A DNA stretch of 52,293 nt from a virus (taxonomy: Duplodnaviria > Heunggongvirae > Uroviricota > Caudoviricetes > Ackermannviridae). Positions 9,319 through 19,496 of this stretch are shown piece by piece. The translations under genes were made by a program, and so were the position numbers. The notes beneath the pieces were generated by a model, which searched no databases, was not told the DNA's origin, and saw nothing but the letters and a program-made list of their open reading frames with translations. The stretch lies in IMG/VR virus record IMGVR_UViG_2974499353_000001, positions 104,721-157,013 of that record, one strand, 5' to 3'. The stretch's first letter is position 1. Each line of letters opens with the position of its first letter.

Positions 9319-12300
9319 TTATGCCAGAGCAATAAGACGGAAGTCTTTGAATGATGGAGGAGCAACGCGGTTCCCCCGTACAAGCGCTCGGACTTTCAGG
9401 CCAACAAACGGGTTATTGCTCGCCACAGTCTTGTCATACTCATATTCAAAGAATGTGGAACCGTCGTTAACCAGAGGCGAAGTTGGGGTGACGTCTTCCC
9501 AAGCCACACTATCCATCTCTTGCCCTGCTCGTAGAAGTTTCACCTGCACCTTCATCGAAGACTGAGATGGGAGCATTGCACCAAAGAACAACTTCACAGT
9601 AGAACACGGATTATCAAATCCGATGTCCTTTGTCACGTATTTGAAGACATCTTCAAATGGATCCACACCGTATGAGTTGAAGATTACGCTCAGGTCATCG
9701 CCATCAATCATTGGAGCAGTGTACACGTTGTTTTCACTACGCGTCATGGTGGCTCGGATTTGGAAATCCCCGACCTGACGATAGATACCTTCAGTCGGCA
9801 ATGCCACGTCAGTGTCAGTTTCAAACTCAGCCCAATCAGACATAGAATTTGAAGTGGCATCGCGATAACGGTATTCCAATTTCAGAATTGAACCTTCCAG
9901 AGCCGAATTGGTAACGCTGGCATAGAACATATCAACCAGATAATTGCCCAAGAAAGAAGCATTATCTCCACCGATTTGTCCATTGCTGTCTGCTGCCGTA
10001 CCGACGTCAATCTTGAATGAAGTATAGCTCGCATCTGTCACAGTAAACGTTTTGTTAAGTTGTTCAGGAGTAAAGCCACAACCGCCTGTCAATTCAGAAA
10101 GAGTGACATTGTTCCCAGCAACCAAACCATGACCAGGTGCAAACACAGTCACAACAGAAGATCCGCTCACGCAATTAAGGGTGTTCAGACCCAGAGGACG
10201 TTGTTTTGGCCCGAGCTTCGGATCAAATGTTACAACGTTCTGACCAGCCGCAAAGTTGCAACGATATATGCGGAATTTCATATCAGCCATTTGGTTCGGA
10301 GACCATGTAGAACCGTTTGAAGAAGTGAAGAACACCCCTGTATACGGTTGTTTGGCGATATATTCGTTGGACAGAAGGTTTTTCTTGCCCATTTCCGCGA
10401 TATACGCGTTGTAATCCTGAGTATTCGCCAACAAAACGATAGCAAACTCAGTCGATGCTTGCAGATACACCGGATAATCAAAGGTGAACTTCGTACCGCC
10501 GGAAGAGTCTGTAGAGATCGTCACTTCAGACGGGTTCAAAGTTTTACGAGTAATGACTGTATGAGAAGGTAAGCCATTCTCCATCTCGCGAATTTCCAGA
10601 GTGATCGGAACATCACGTGACTTGGTAGAGAAGAATACTTCCACGCCTTCAATATACTCGCCGCCATTCTTAGTCGCTACCATAAACGATTGGGCAATCG
10701 GATCACGCCATTGGTCGACCACAACTTCAGAAGTGCTGGTTTCGGTGCGAGTACTAGCAGTGTAACCCAGGACACGAGTGTTGACAAAGGTCTTTTGAAT
10801 ACCTTGTTTCTTACCGAAAGATTTATGAACAATTTCTGCATTGGTCAGTGTATCATCCGCAGATTTACTGTCAACAGGGCTATCCGTTAAGCGGAACACG
10901 TTATCGCCTGTGTTGAACTTGATTGTATCGTTCTGTGGAACGCGGAATATACCTTTAACAGCACCATTGGCATCAGTGGTGATTGGGTCACCGAAATTAC
11001 CACCATTCGGTTTGCAATACAGATTGACGTCACGACCAGAGAAGAACGCATACATACGAGTGAAAGGTCGCAGCCCAGATGCGTCGAAAGAAATATCGAT
11101 CTCGCGCATGTATGGGATAACTTGCGTCTCCACAATCTGTTCACCAGTCATGGTCGTGGTTGTTTTGTCCGTGTATGTATATGTGGTGACATCACGGGCA
11201 GAAACAGTCGTGCGGTAACGATATCCCCACCACACACCACCAGCGCCATGCGGTTCCCAAACACGATCAGAAACAGAAACAGTACGCCATGTTCCGTACA
11301 CTGAACCTTCTTGTACAGTACCACGGGTGTTGATCGTTTCATTGATAATACGCGGCGCAACATAATAGTTTTCGAACCAGTAGTCTGTGGTCGGGTTAAT
11401 CTTCAAGAAACCTTCCCAATTGAATACTGCATACGGGTTAACGTTGATCGTCGTCGTCGCATATTCTTGGTTCACTGAGATTTCAGGCGTGTAATTACAA
11501 ACCACCATCCCATCCATCACTTTGTTCCAGCCAACAGGAGTCATGTCAACAACGTTCTGTTGTACAAACGGGCGTAGACGTCCGTTTTCGGTATCGATAG
11601 AACCCATCCAATCTTCAGACAAGTCATCAATCAACCGGAAGTCTTTGAACGGATCAGCTGCAATACCATTTTTGAAACGGGGATTGCCCGTGATGGGGTC
11701 GAACACTTGCTGTGTCATCGCTGAAGATTCCAACTGTGACAGAGAGGTATAGTATTCAACATTGGAAATACGGGTTTCCAGTTTACCGATATCGCGCATC
11801 GTATAACGACGATTGTCAATAGTGCGAATTTGGATATCATCAATATTCGGCGTATACGGTGGGATCAACAATTCATACAAACGCATGGCGTTCGCTGGGA
11901 TTGCTGGAGAAGCCAGATTGTTCGAACTGATGCCACGAGCCACACCAAACACACCGTTATCTGCCAGATAAATCGCGTCAATACGCGGCAGATAATATTC
12001 TGTGTCCAGAATAACTGCAGTGTTTGGACGAACCATATCTGTGTCAGAAGTTCCGTTGGTGATTTTCGGACGGAAATCCAAACTATCTGCCAGGCCGTAC
12101 ACCGCGCCTGATGTAGAAGATGTATAATTCGGGATATCTTTATAATCCATCGAAGTATACGAATCAGCAGAGAAGAAATCACCGGAACTGTGGGCGAAGT
12201 ATTGATACACCACTGTATACGTCCCTGAGATTGCTCCAGCGCTGGATAACAAGTTAGACTTGTAATACCCTGCATCACGCTGTCCGCCATCTAGGACGAA

Positions 12301-14157
12301 GCTGGAGGTCACGTCTGCGCCAGTATCGTTTTTGACCGACACCAATTTCCAACCATCGTGATTCGCCAAAGGGCGGCTAGTCTGCGAGGTGAACGTCACT
12401 GTTTCAGTTGTTTCAGTGATGGTCTTCGTTTTGATTGTGGCCGTGGTACGAATCATCAGCGCCAGCAAATTGATTGACTGGTTAGCATTACCACTGCCCA
12501 GAGAAATCTGCAACGCCGAACCGACCGGAGAACCAGTCAAAGACAAAGAACCAGAGATATCGAACTGCGCTTCAGAACCATCAGATTTCGCTGCAGAGTA
12601 CAACGAAAATTCTGGGGAAAAACTATATCCCAATGGAGCAGAAATAGAACCCGCGCCGCTGTTGTCCAACGTCACTTTATACGTTCTGAGAACAGTGTAG
12701 TTGATATCCACGGAGCCAGTTGGTGCTAAAGTCTTGACACCGAATACCGGAAGAGAGAAGATCAGATCTATCATAGAACTCTGGTTAAACTGATTGGATT
12801 CCAGTTCAGCAGAGAACATGGTGATACCGCTTTCTTCGTAAGACACTTTGGTGATAGTGGATGCATCGCCAGTAACGACCAGGTCGCGCATATACAGACG
12901 AAATTCTGTTGAATTACGTTCAGCTGATATACAAAGTGCTGTAGCCTGGGTAACGCCTGAAGCATTCAGTAATTTGTATCGAACGGTGCAGGATATCACT
13001 GGCACACCTTTAGAATTCTTAGTGACCAGATAATTGCCTGTGGCCACCGCAACAGGGGTGTTGTTCAGGACATCGGTATCCCGCGCCTTATCAACGATCA
13101 CCAACTCTTCCCCGACGTTTTCGATACGGCGACCGCGAACATAGGAAATACCTGGTTTCATTACAGACACGAATTTACTTTCGTCGCCGCCATCAGCAGC
13201 ATTGAATACACCACCATTGTTATTGACTTTCAGGTGTTCGCGGATGTCGATCTGGTGCGTTGAAACGTTGTAATCGCCGTTGGTTTCATACGTCCGTTGG
13301 GCCAACGTGTCTTCCAGAATATTATAGGTGGACTGAGTCACCATAGACTGGATTTTACCATCACGAACTTTGGCCAGTTCAACAAAGTCTTCAACCACAG
13401 CATCATAATCAAATCGAGATAAGACCAGATCTATTCGAAGACGATGAGCGCCTGGGGCTTTGGAGTTAATCGTTCCCTGAGCATTTGAATAAAGGGATTC
13501 ATCTTCTGTTTCAGTGACAATGGTTTCGGTGACTTTAAATCCGATGCGGTGGGAAGTGATGTTAGAAGTTTTGTCAACGATAAGAGTTGCGTCATCAACG
13601 TCTAGGAACATCCCACGAATGAAGTAAACGCCTTTCGTCATACGAGCGACGATAGAACCAGTCACTGCAGCTGCGATACCATAACCAATACGAATGAAAT
13701 TATCATTCACGTCGTAAGTCTGGAAATACAGATTATCGTTAACATGGAATCCGTCAGCATTACCCGCTTCAGTCATCTCAAGGATAGCCAGCATCGTATC
13801 AGGAGCAGACAGATCACGTTCAAGAGACAACACACGCGCTTTGGCATTATTGTCCTTCCCCAAAACGTAGAGTTCAGAAATACCTTCCAGATCAGTGAAT
13901 TCAGTACCACCAGCCAAAGTGAATTTCAAAGAAACTGCGGCATTGGTGATCGTCAGACCGCCAGGGATAACCATAGAACCATCTTTGAACAAATGGTTGC
14001 CTAATTTTTCAATTTGATCCTGAAGAATAGTCTGCATCTGGTTCAGTTCGCGAGTCTGAACCTTGATAGGCATCGGACGAAAAAGAATCCGTGAAAAACG
14101 TTTCCCAGGATTCCAGTCATCCCAATACGGGCGACGGTTTAAATTTGTAGATTGCAT
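9319..14157 (-). CDS. vrlC: Large virion/baseplate protein, VrlC-like (1612 aa)
   Basis: N-terminal NLN..PYWDDW..K.F.RILF.P...Q.RELNQ.Q motif, RFKNG..AD.F, DP.AQSF; position next to tailspikes. Confidence 0.85.
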   Translation of the reverse strand: MQSTNLNRRPYWDDWNPGKRFSRILFRPMPIKVQTRELNQMQTILQDQIEKLGNHLFKDGSMVIPGGLTITNAAVSLKFTLAGGTEFTDLEGISELYVLGKDNNAKARVLSLERDLSAPDTMLAILEMTEAGNADGFHVNDNLYFQTYDVNDNFIRIGYGIAAAVTGSIVARMTKGVYFIRGMFLDVDDATLIVDKTSNITSHRIGFKVTETIVTETEDESLYSNAQGTINSKAPGAHRLRIDLVLSRFDYDAVVEDFVELAKVRDGKIQSMVTQSTYNILEDTLAQRTYETNGDYNVSTHQIDIREHLKVNNNGGVFNAADGGDESKFVSVMKPGISYVRGRRIENVGEELVIVDKARDTDVLNNTPVAVATGNYLVTKNSKGVPVISCTVRYKLLNASGVTQATALCISAERNSTEFRLYMRDLVVTGDASTITKVSYEESGITMFSAELESNQFNQSSMIDLIFSLPVFGVKTLAPTGSVDINYTVLRTYKVTLDNSGAGSISAPLGYSFSPEFSLYSAAKSDGSEAQFDISGSLSLTGSPVGSALQISLGSGNANQSINLLALMIRTTATIKTKTITETTETVTFTSQTSRPLANHDGWKLVSVKNDTGADVTSSFVLDGGQRDAGYYKSNLLSSAGAISGTYTVVYQYFAHSSGDFFSADSYTSMDYKDIPNYTSSTSGAVYGLADSLDFRPKITNGTSDTDMVRPNTAVILDTEYYLPRIDAIYLADNGVFGVARGISSNNLASPAIPANAMRLYELLIPPYTPNIDDIQIRTIDNRRYTMRDIGKLETRISNVEYYTSLSQLESSAMTQQVFDPITGNPRFKNGIAADPFKDFRLIDDLSEDWMGSIDTENGRLRPFVQQNVVDMTPVGWNKVMDGMVVCNYTPEISVNQEYATTTINVNPYAVFNWEGFLKINPTTDYWFENYYVAPRIINETINTRGTVQEGSVYGTWRTVSVSDRVWEPHGAGGVWWGYRYRTTVSARDVTTYTYTDKTTTTMTGEQIVETQVIPYMREIDISFDASGLRPFTRMYAFFSGRDVNLYCKPNGGNFGDPITTDANGAVKGIFRVPQNDTIKFNTGDNVFRLTDSPVDSKSADDTLTNAEIVHKSFGKKQGIQKTFVNTRVLGYTASTRTETSTSEVVVDQWRDPIAQSFMVATKNGGEYIEGVEVFFSTKSRDVPITLEIREMENGLPSHTVITRKTLNPSEVTISTDSSGGTKFTFDYPVYLQASTEFAIVLLANTQDYNAYIAEMGKKNLLSNEYIAKQPYTGVFFTSSNGSTWSPNQMADMKFRIYRCNFAAGQNVVTFDPKLGPKQRPLGLNTLNCVSGSSVVTVFAPGHGLVAGNNVTLSELTGGCGFTPEQLNKTFTVTDASYTSFKIDVGTAADSNGQIGGDNASFLGNYLVDMFYASVTNSALEGSILKLEYRYRDATSNSMSDWAEFETDTDVALPTEGIYRQVGDFQIRATMTRSENNVYTAPMIDGDDLSVIFNSYGVDPFEDVFKYVTKDIGFDNPCSTVKLFFGAMLPSQSSMKVQVKLLRAGQEMDSVAWEDVTPTSPLVNDGSTFFEYEYDKTVASNNPFVGLKVRALVRGNRVAPPSFKDFRLIALA

Positions 14158-14164
14158 TTTGATG

Positions 14165-14196
14165 CTCCATAGAGTGCCATTTATAGAGATATTTAG
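14165..14196 (-). promoter_or_regulatory. Late promoter with anti-SD hairpin (vrlC)
   Basis: CTAAATA then CTCTATA..TATGGAG pairing over SD GGAG. Confidence 0.6.
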
Positions 14197-14223
14197 TATA
14201 CAGCCAACAAACAGGATAGAAAT

Positions 14224-14250
14224 AAAACCCCCGCCGAAGCGGGGTTTTTA
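14224..14250 (-). terminator. Intrinsic terminator after TSP1
   Basis: CCCCGC-TTCG-GCGGGG followed by a T run. Confidence 0.8.
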
Positions 14251-16564
14251 CTATGATCCTATAATATTATAGGTTAGAGAAGTATTACCATCAACTGGAT
14301 CAGCATCTATTCCTGTCGGTCTTGACGCTGTCTTAACCATGACACCAGCGATAGTTTGTCCAGCTGTTGCACCTACATACTTAGAACAATTTACAGAATA
14401 GAATAATTGCCTGTATTCAATATTACCCTGAATCTCACTTAGTACAACATAGGCCGCACCAGAATCCACTGGGCAGTTAGTATGTATGTTTACTTTTTCC
14501 GTGGTGGAGACTCTAAACATATGGCCGCCATCTGTAGATATACCAGCAAGCCCAATTAATGATAATGTCCCACCGGTTTTGATAAGGAAGCTACTACCAG
14601 AATTTGCCTTCAAGCTACCAGTACCTTCAAAATTAACCATCGGCAACTCCGTGTTAGAGGTAATGGCTATCTCACCTGGGTTAAGATAAACTCTTTTGCA
14701 CTTGAATAGCTGGCATAACTTTGAAATATTAAGTAGCTCTCTTATAGGTTTGGTTCCGTTAAATCCCCAGTTGTAGTTATTACCATTTACAGGATCTATG
14801 TATAGAGTGTCTGCTTTTACACCAACAACATCTTTGATATAGAAAATGTCACCAACTTCCCCAAATTGGAATTGACTTCCCATATTTGTACAGTCGAGTA
14901 CCAATGTAGGGTAGTTACCAGTACCTCTAACGAGTTTTAAACCACCTACTGGCATTTGTCCTCTGACAACATTTCGAGCAGTTTCTGGGCAGTTTTTAAG
15001 GAAGTACATACTATCTAGATCAGGGTCTTGTCCGGAAAGACCTACCCCTGACAACGTAACATCTGAACTGGTATTGATCAGGTAGAAACTATGTTTTTTC
15101 TTCCCACCAGATGATTCAATGTGGGGTTTATCAACCATAAATAAACCGTAGGAATCAGTATCCCGGCCAGCGTGAACAAAGTCGAATGATGCTTGTTCGA
15201 TGATTGGGCTATTAAACTTAACCTCTGAACCTGCAAACTGAGTGATGGCAACATCACCTACCTCAGTAAACCCTGCTGGTTTATACACCGCTTGTTCTAG
15301 CTCACCATTGGTATTACCAAGGCGGGAAATGTAAGCATTGTTTACAGTAGCACCGCCATTAGAGTCAATGAACACTGCGCCCTGAGTTTTATACAGGATG
15401 CGTAGATTTTCATGAACAGAACCCCATGATGCTGACTGCAACAATCCTACTCTTGGCAGTCTTGCTGTTGTAATATCGCTCCCTGTATTCTCCCCAATAG
15501 ATAACCCTTTTGTAGTGCAACCTGCCCCACCTATCCATTTAACACCAACCTTTACACCTGGTGCTGTAATCAGGTTAAGGTTACTAATATCAATTTTTCT
15601 GGCACATGTTACAGCGTACCCATTATCAATATCTAACCCAGTAGGATAATAATCTACATCTTTATTGAGTTTGTATGAACCATCGGGTTGTTTACGGTAC
15701 ACCATTAAGCTGATTGCTGCTGTATTCTTATCTACTGGGTCATAAAACAATCCTTGCTTACACTCACGAGTAAAAAAGTTTGGTGCTGGCATTTCAATTG
15801 AAACACCTGGGGGTATGTATAGCGTCTCTGTGAAACGGTATAACTTGGTCAGGTTAATTTTTACTGCTACTTTCTCCATGTACGAGTTTACAGCCGCAGC
15901 ATCAGGAAGTGTTTCAGGAACGTTGTTTATGTCTGAAAGCATTTCTTTTAATTTTGAAGTATCGTCAGCTATTCCGTCGCCTACCGCATTGTACTGTTCA
16001 GGTGTGCGTACAGTTAATACATTATTTAGCGTCCCGTGCGGATGAACTCCAATCAACGAGCCATTGCCGTTTGCCAGTTGTGTTCTCAAAGAAGCATCAC
16101 CAACACTAACCCACGCGCCAAGACCAATACCACCAGTTGATGCAGGAGTTGAACCGGCAGGGACAGCTTTAGGTAATGCTCCATCCCAGCGATACTTACC
16201 ATCTGTATAAGTGAGTAATTCATTTTTAACGTTAAGCGTAGAACCAGAATCAAACGAACCAGGTAAGGTTACGTATTCTTCACGAGATACAGCTAATGCG
16301 CCTAAGTCTACAGAACCTGCTGAATGTACAAGTACAGCAGCAGTATTAAGACTGACGGCAGTAGTACCAGAAGCAATACCAGCAGGTAAGGAATAAGCTC
16401 TTTGCGTTTCCTTGTCATAGATAACTTTATACCCCCCCTAAATCTACACCAACCGAAAAGTAAACAATCTCAGATTGCTTAACCCCAAAGTGTCTAGCTA
16501 CTGCTTGTTTGTTGGTTAGGATTCCAGTTGAACCCTTACCACCTTGACTAAACATCTCGTTCAT
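14251..16564 (-). pseudogene. tsp1: Tailspike TSP1 (CBA120 TSP1-like), frameshifted by one extra G
   Basis: ATG 16564 MNEMFSQGGKG...VDLGG then stop TAA; G7 run at 16432-16438; removing one G gives an open 770-aa frame continuing YKVIYDKETQRAYSLP into ORF 14251-16089. Confidence 0.9.
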
Positions 16565-16615
16565 ACATACCTCTTTGTTTTTCTAGTAAGCCCCTCCTAA
16601 GAGGGGTGTATTTTT

Positions 16616-19381
16616 TTAAATAGAAGAATCCAATATACGGTAACTAATTAACTTAGTAGGGTCTACCGGATTAATCAGATTGTAGTATCGTGAGGCTACA
16701 TAATCGTTCTCGGAAGAGAACATACCAACATACACTTTAGCGCCCACCCCAGAACAAGCATCCCCACCAGCATTGCTATCTGAGAAGAACGTTAATGGGG
16801 AAGTTAATCCGAATATAGAATTAAATGGTACGGCTAAATAAGCGCCTCGGAATGACCGTCTGATTCTCTTACCCGTCTGAATATTAAGAATACTCCACCA
16901 GAAATATCCTGGTTTAGCACCAATAGCTATATGATATGGTACACCACTTTGTAGTTTAAGGTCGTTAGGTAAATCCCCAGATAAAATTTGGGTTGTACCA
17001 TCGCCCCCCAATAGCAAAGCAATTGTTTGTTTTCCAGAAGCGTCTATAACTAATTGAAGATGAAGACTGTTGGATGTATCACTAAACCCTGAACCAATGG
17101 CCATGAAGTTAAATACTTCAGCTCCAGATATGGTGGGTACTACAACAGCAGCCATGGTAATACCTTCTGGACCTGCTGTTCTTGAATACAGTAATTTATC
17201 TTTGTTGGCTTGTGATAGTCTCAGACCATTTACTTGCCCTACAGAAGATGGGACACTTACATAAACAGGTGTAGTGCTAACACCATCAAATGTAGGGGTC
17301 TCGTTCATGGTTTGCAAACCAGTCTTGGAATAATTAACCAATCCGTTAATGCTCAGGTCGGAATTGGTGGGGTTGATAATATTGTTATCACCAATAAAGT
17401 TAATGCCCATATAACCAGTCTCAACCACACCATTAATGGTGACACTACAATCATTAGACAGGAACTGAAAATTGCCTGCACTAGAGTTAGCACCTGAACC
17501 ACTATTCGCGGCATAATTGAGTCCTACGAATCCGTTGATAACTGCATCACTTTTGTTAAATACGATGTTGTAGAAAGTGTTGTTAGCATTGATGCCGTTA
17601 CGATTGGTGTTCAATCCGTTCATGGAAATTGAATATGAATCGCTAATCTCAATGCCATTCCCGCCACAATCTTGTACCTCAATACCATTAATAACCATAT
17701 TCTGGCTGTTATTAATAGTAATGCCTGGGAACTGTCCTACTGTACCATAAGGTTGCCAGTTAGCCCAAATGAATTTACCGCCAATAATACGACCATTACC
17801 ACAACCATCAAGAACCAGACATTGTTTACCGCAGGTATTAACCTGGATATTTGTCCAAGTCCAATCAGTAGTAGCACAACGGACACCCACCTGATTGATG
17901 TGGTTGACTAAAAGAGAATCTGTAGTAACACTAAAGTTACCACTATCAATATTTAACCCATATTCATCAAAACCTGCTATATGGACTTTAGAAATACACA
18001 AGTCGCGTCTTGGGTCTGCGGTAGTGTGGAACGGATAATCGGCTGAGAGACCTGAAGGAGTTTCTACATAGATACCTGTTGTGCCCGCAGTAAATGACGT
18101 GCCTTGTTGTGCACCTGTGCCATATACCCCAAAGGCGTCTAATACAATAAGGGAGCATGTATCTTTTATGGTAATACAATTCCCAGTAGCAGAAGGCAAC
18201 TGATGCAACCTTGAGTAATGTAATCCAGACCCATAAATAGACGACGTATTATATTTTAACTGGATATTGCTAACGTAATGTGCATCAGTTAATTGTGTGG
18301 CCTTACCACTATCCACACAAGATTGTACTGGAATAGTATCATCATTAGAACCACCCAAAGCACCAAACATGAATGGGTTAACTCTATCAGCATTAACACG
18401 TAACCATGCCGCGCCGCCAACAGTTTTGATCACAGTACCGTTATTATCAGTCTTTCCTGTACCATCAATTAACGCACGGAATACCCCTCCACCAAGAAGA
18501 GTACCCGCAGTGTGTTGCTTAAGAATAATGCGTTGTCCATCCATAGTGGGTTCAGTATTCCTGAGATCAGCAACAGAATGGCATTCTCCAATATACTTGG
18601 CACCATCATTGCGCCCCAGAGTGTTTATCACATTAATAAATGAATCTTCTAAAGGCAACAAATCAACCTGCACATCACCTGGGTTGTAATTCAATTTCCC
18701 AGCAGATACAGAAGAAATGACAGAACCATCAGGAATGGTTGGTAAACCATAACTGGTTTGCGTCGCTATATCATAAACAACTTTCTTCCCATCCAACAAA
18801 GATATGGTGTCCGTACTAACGATGACTTCAGAGTCTTTTACATTAGCAGAACGGGCGATTTCTTGAATACTTCGGTCAAACGCCGGACTGATATTCGGTT
18901 GTTTAACAGACATTTCAGCGACTACCCAAACGCCTGCAGTCAGTGCAGTTTGCAAAGATACTTTTCCTGTCGTGCTGTCATAGGAATATTCAATTTCGGG
19001 GGTTTTGTACTCGCCACCGATATAAAGAGATTGGACTCCATAAGATGTGAAATCAGGAGTGAACTCGGTTTCACCTCCTACGGCCTGAAATTTGTATATG
19101 CGGATACCTTTGGCTGTATCTTCTGGCGAAAGAATTTTATCGAATAAGCAATACACAACATCGCCTTTGGACAATGCGCGCCCGAGATTCAACGTATTTC
19201 CTTCGATTTCAAAGTTGTCTAAGGGAACTTGCATACCACCGTTGATTGTGACTACGCCAGTGACAGGATAGAACGGCAAGGAAAGGAAAGTTTCTCCACC
19301 GACATTTGATTTATACGTGAAAGGAATCTGGTGGGGAGCTGTGACTACGCCGCCGAATAATTCTTCTACATTTCTGGTCAT
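16616..19381 (-). CDS. tsp2: Tailspike TSP2 (921 aa), CBA120 TSP2-like (recalled O157 specificity)
   Basis: MTRNVEELFGG N-terminus, beta-helix body; sequence matches recalled CBA120 TSP2. Confidence 0.9.
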   Translation of the reverse strand: MTRNVEELFGGVVTAPHQIPFTYKSNVGGETFLSLPFYPVTGVVTINGGMQVPLDNFEIEGNTLNLGRALSKGDVVYCLFDKILSPEDTAKGIRIYKFQAVGGETEFTPDFTSYGVQSLYIGGEYKTPEIEYSYDSTTGKVSLQTALTAGVWVVAEMSVKQPNISPAFDRSIQEIARSANVKDSEVIVSTDTISLLDGKKVVYDIATQTSYGLPTIPDGSVISSVSAGKLNYNPGDVQVDLLPLEDSFINVINTLGRNDGAKYIGECHSVADLRNTEPTMDGQRIILKQHTAGTLLGGGVFRALIDGTGKTDNNGTVIKTVGGAAWLRVNADRVNPFMFGALGGSNDDTIPVQSCVDSGKATQLTDAHYVSNIQLKYNTSSIYGSGLHYSRLHQLPSATGNCITIKDTCSLIVLDAFGVYGTGAQQGTSFTAGTTGIYVETPSGLSADYPFHTTADPRRDLCISKVHIAGFDEYGLNIDSGNFSVTTDSLLVNHINQVGVRCATTDWTWTNIQVNTCGKQCLVLDGCGNGRIIGGKFIWANWQPYGTVGQFPGITINNSQNMVINGIEVQDCGGNGIEISDSYSISMNGLNTNRNGINANNTFYNIVFNKSDAVINGFVGLNYAANSGSGANSSAGNFQFLSNDCSVTINGVVETGYMGINFIGDNNIINPTNSDLSINGLVNYSKTGLQTMNETPTFDGVSTTPVYVSVPSSVGQVNGLRLSQANKDKLLYSRTAGPEGITMAAVVVPTISGAEVFNFMAIGSGFSDTSNSLHLQLVIDASGKQTIALLLGGDGTTQILSGDLPNDLKLQSGVPYHIAIGAKPGYFWWSILNIQTGKRIRRSFRGAYLAVPFNSIFGLTSPLTFFSDSNAGGDACSGVGAKVYVGMFSSENDYVASRYYNLINPVDPTKLISYRILDSSI

Positions 19382-19386
19382 TTGAA

Positions 19387-19423
19387 AATACCCCATAAGG
19401 ATTTGCCAATATGGGGTATTTAG
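19387..19423 (-). promoter_or_regulatory. Late promoter with 11-bp anti-SD hairpin (tsp2)
   Basis: CTAAATACCCCATA...TATGGGGTATT directly before the ATG. Confidence 0.75.
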
Positions 19424-19459
19424 TCTGAACTAATAAAATTTATGAACAAAGGTATAATA

Positions 19460-19484
19460 AGAACCCCGCCAAAGCGGGGTTTTT
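19460..19484 (-). terminator. Intrinsic terminator after TSP3
   Basis: ACCCCGC-TTTG-GCGGGGT followed by TCTTATT. Confidence 0.75.
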
Positions 19485-19496
19485 GCTCAAGATAAA

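Larger units (their letters stand above)
19387..19484. repeat. Intergenic terminator-plus-promoter cassette, copy 1 (copy 2 at 21597-21695)
   Basis: About 98 bp, near-identical by eye: AATATGGGGTATTTAGTCTGAA...ATAATAAGAACCCCGCC.AAGCGGGGTTTTT. Confidence 0.85.

Noticed and set aside
14251-16089. 612-aa ORF as an independent gene
   Set aside because: TTG start has no SD; the frame stays open upstream to the G7 run and completes TSP1
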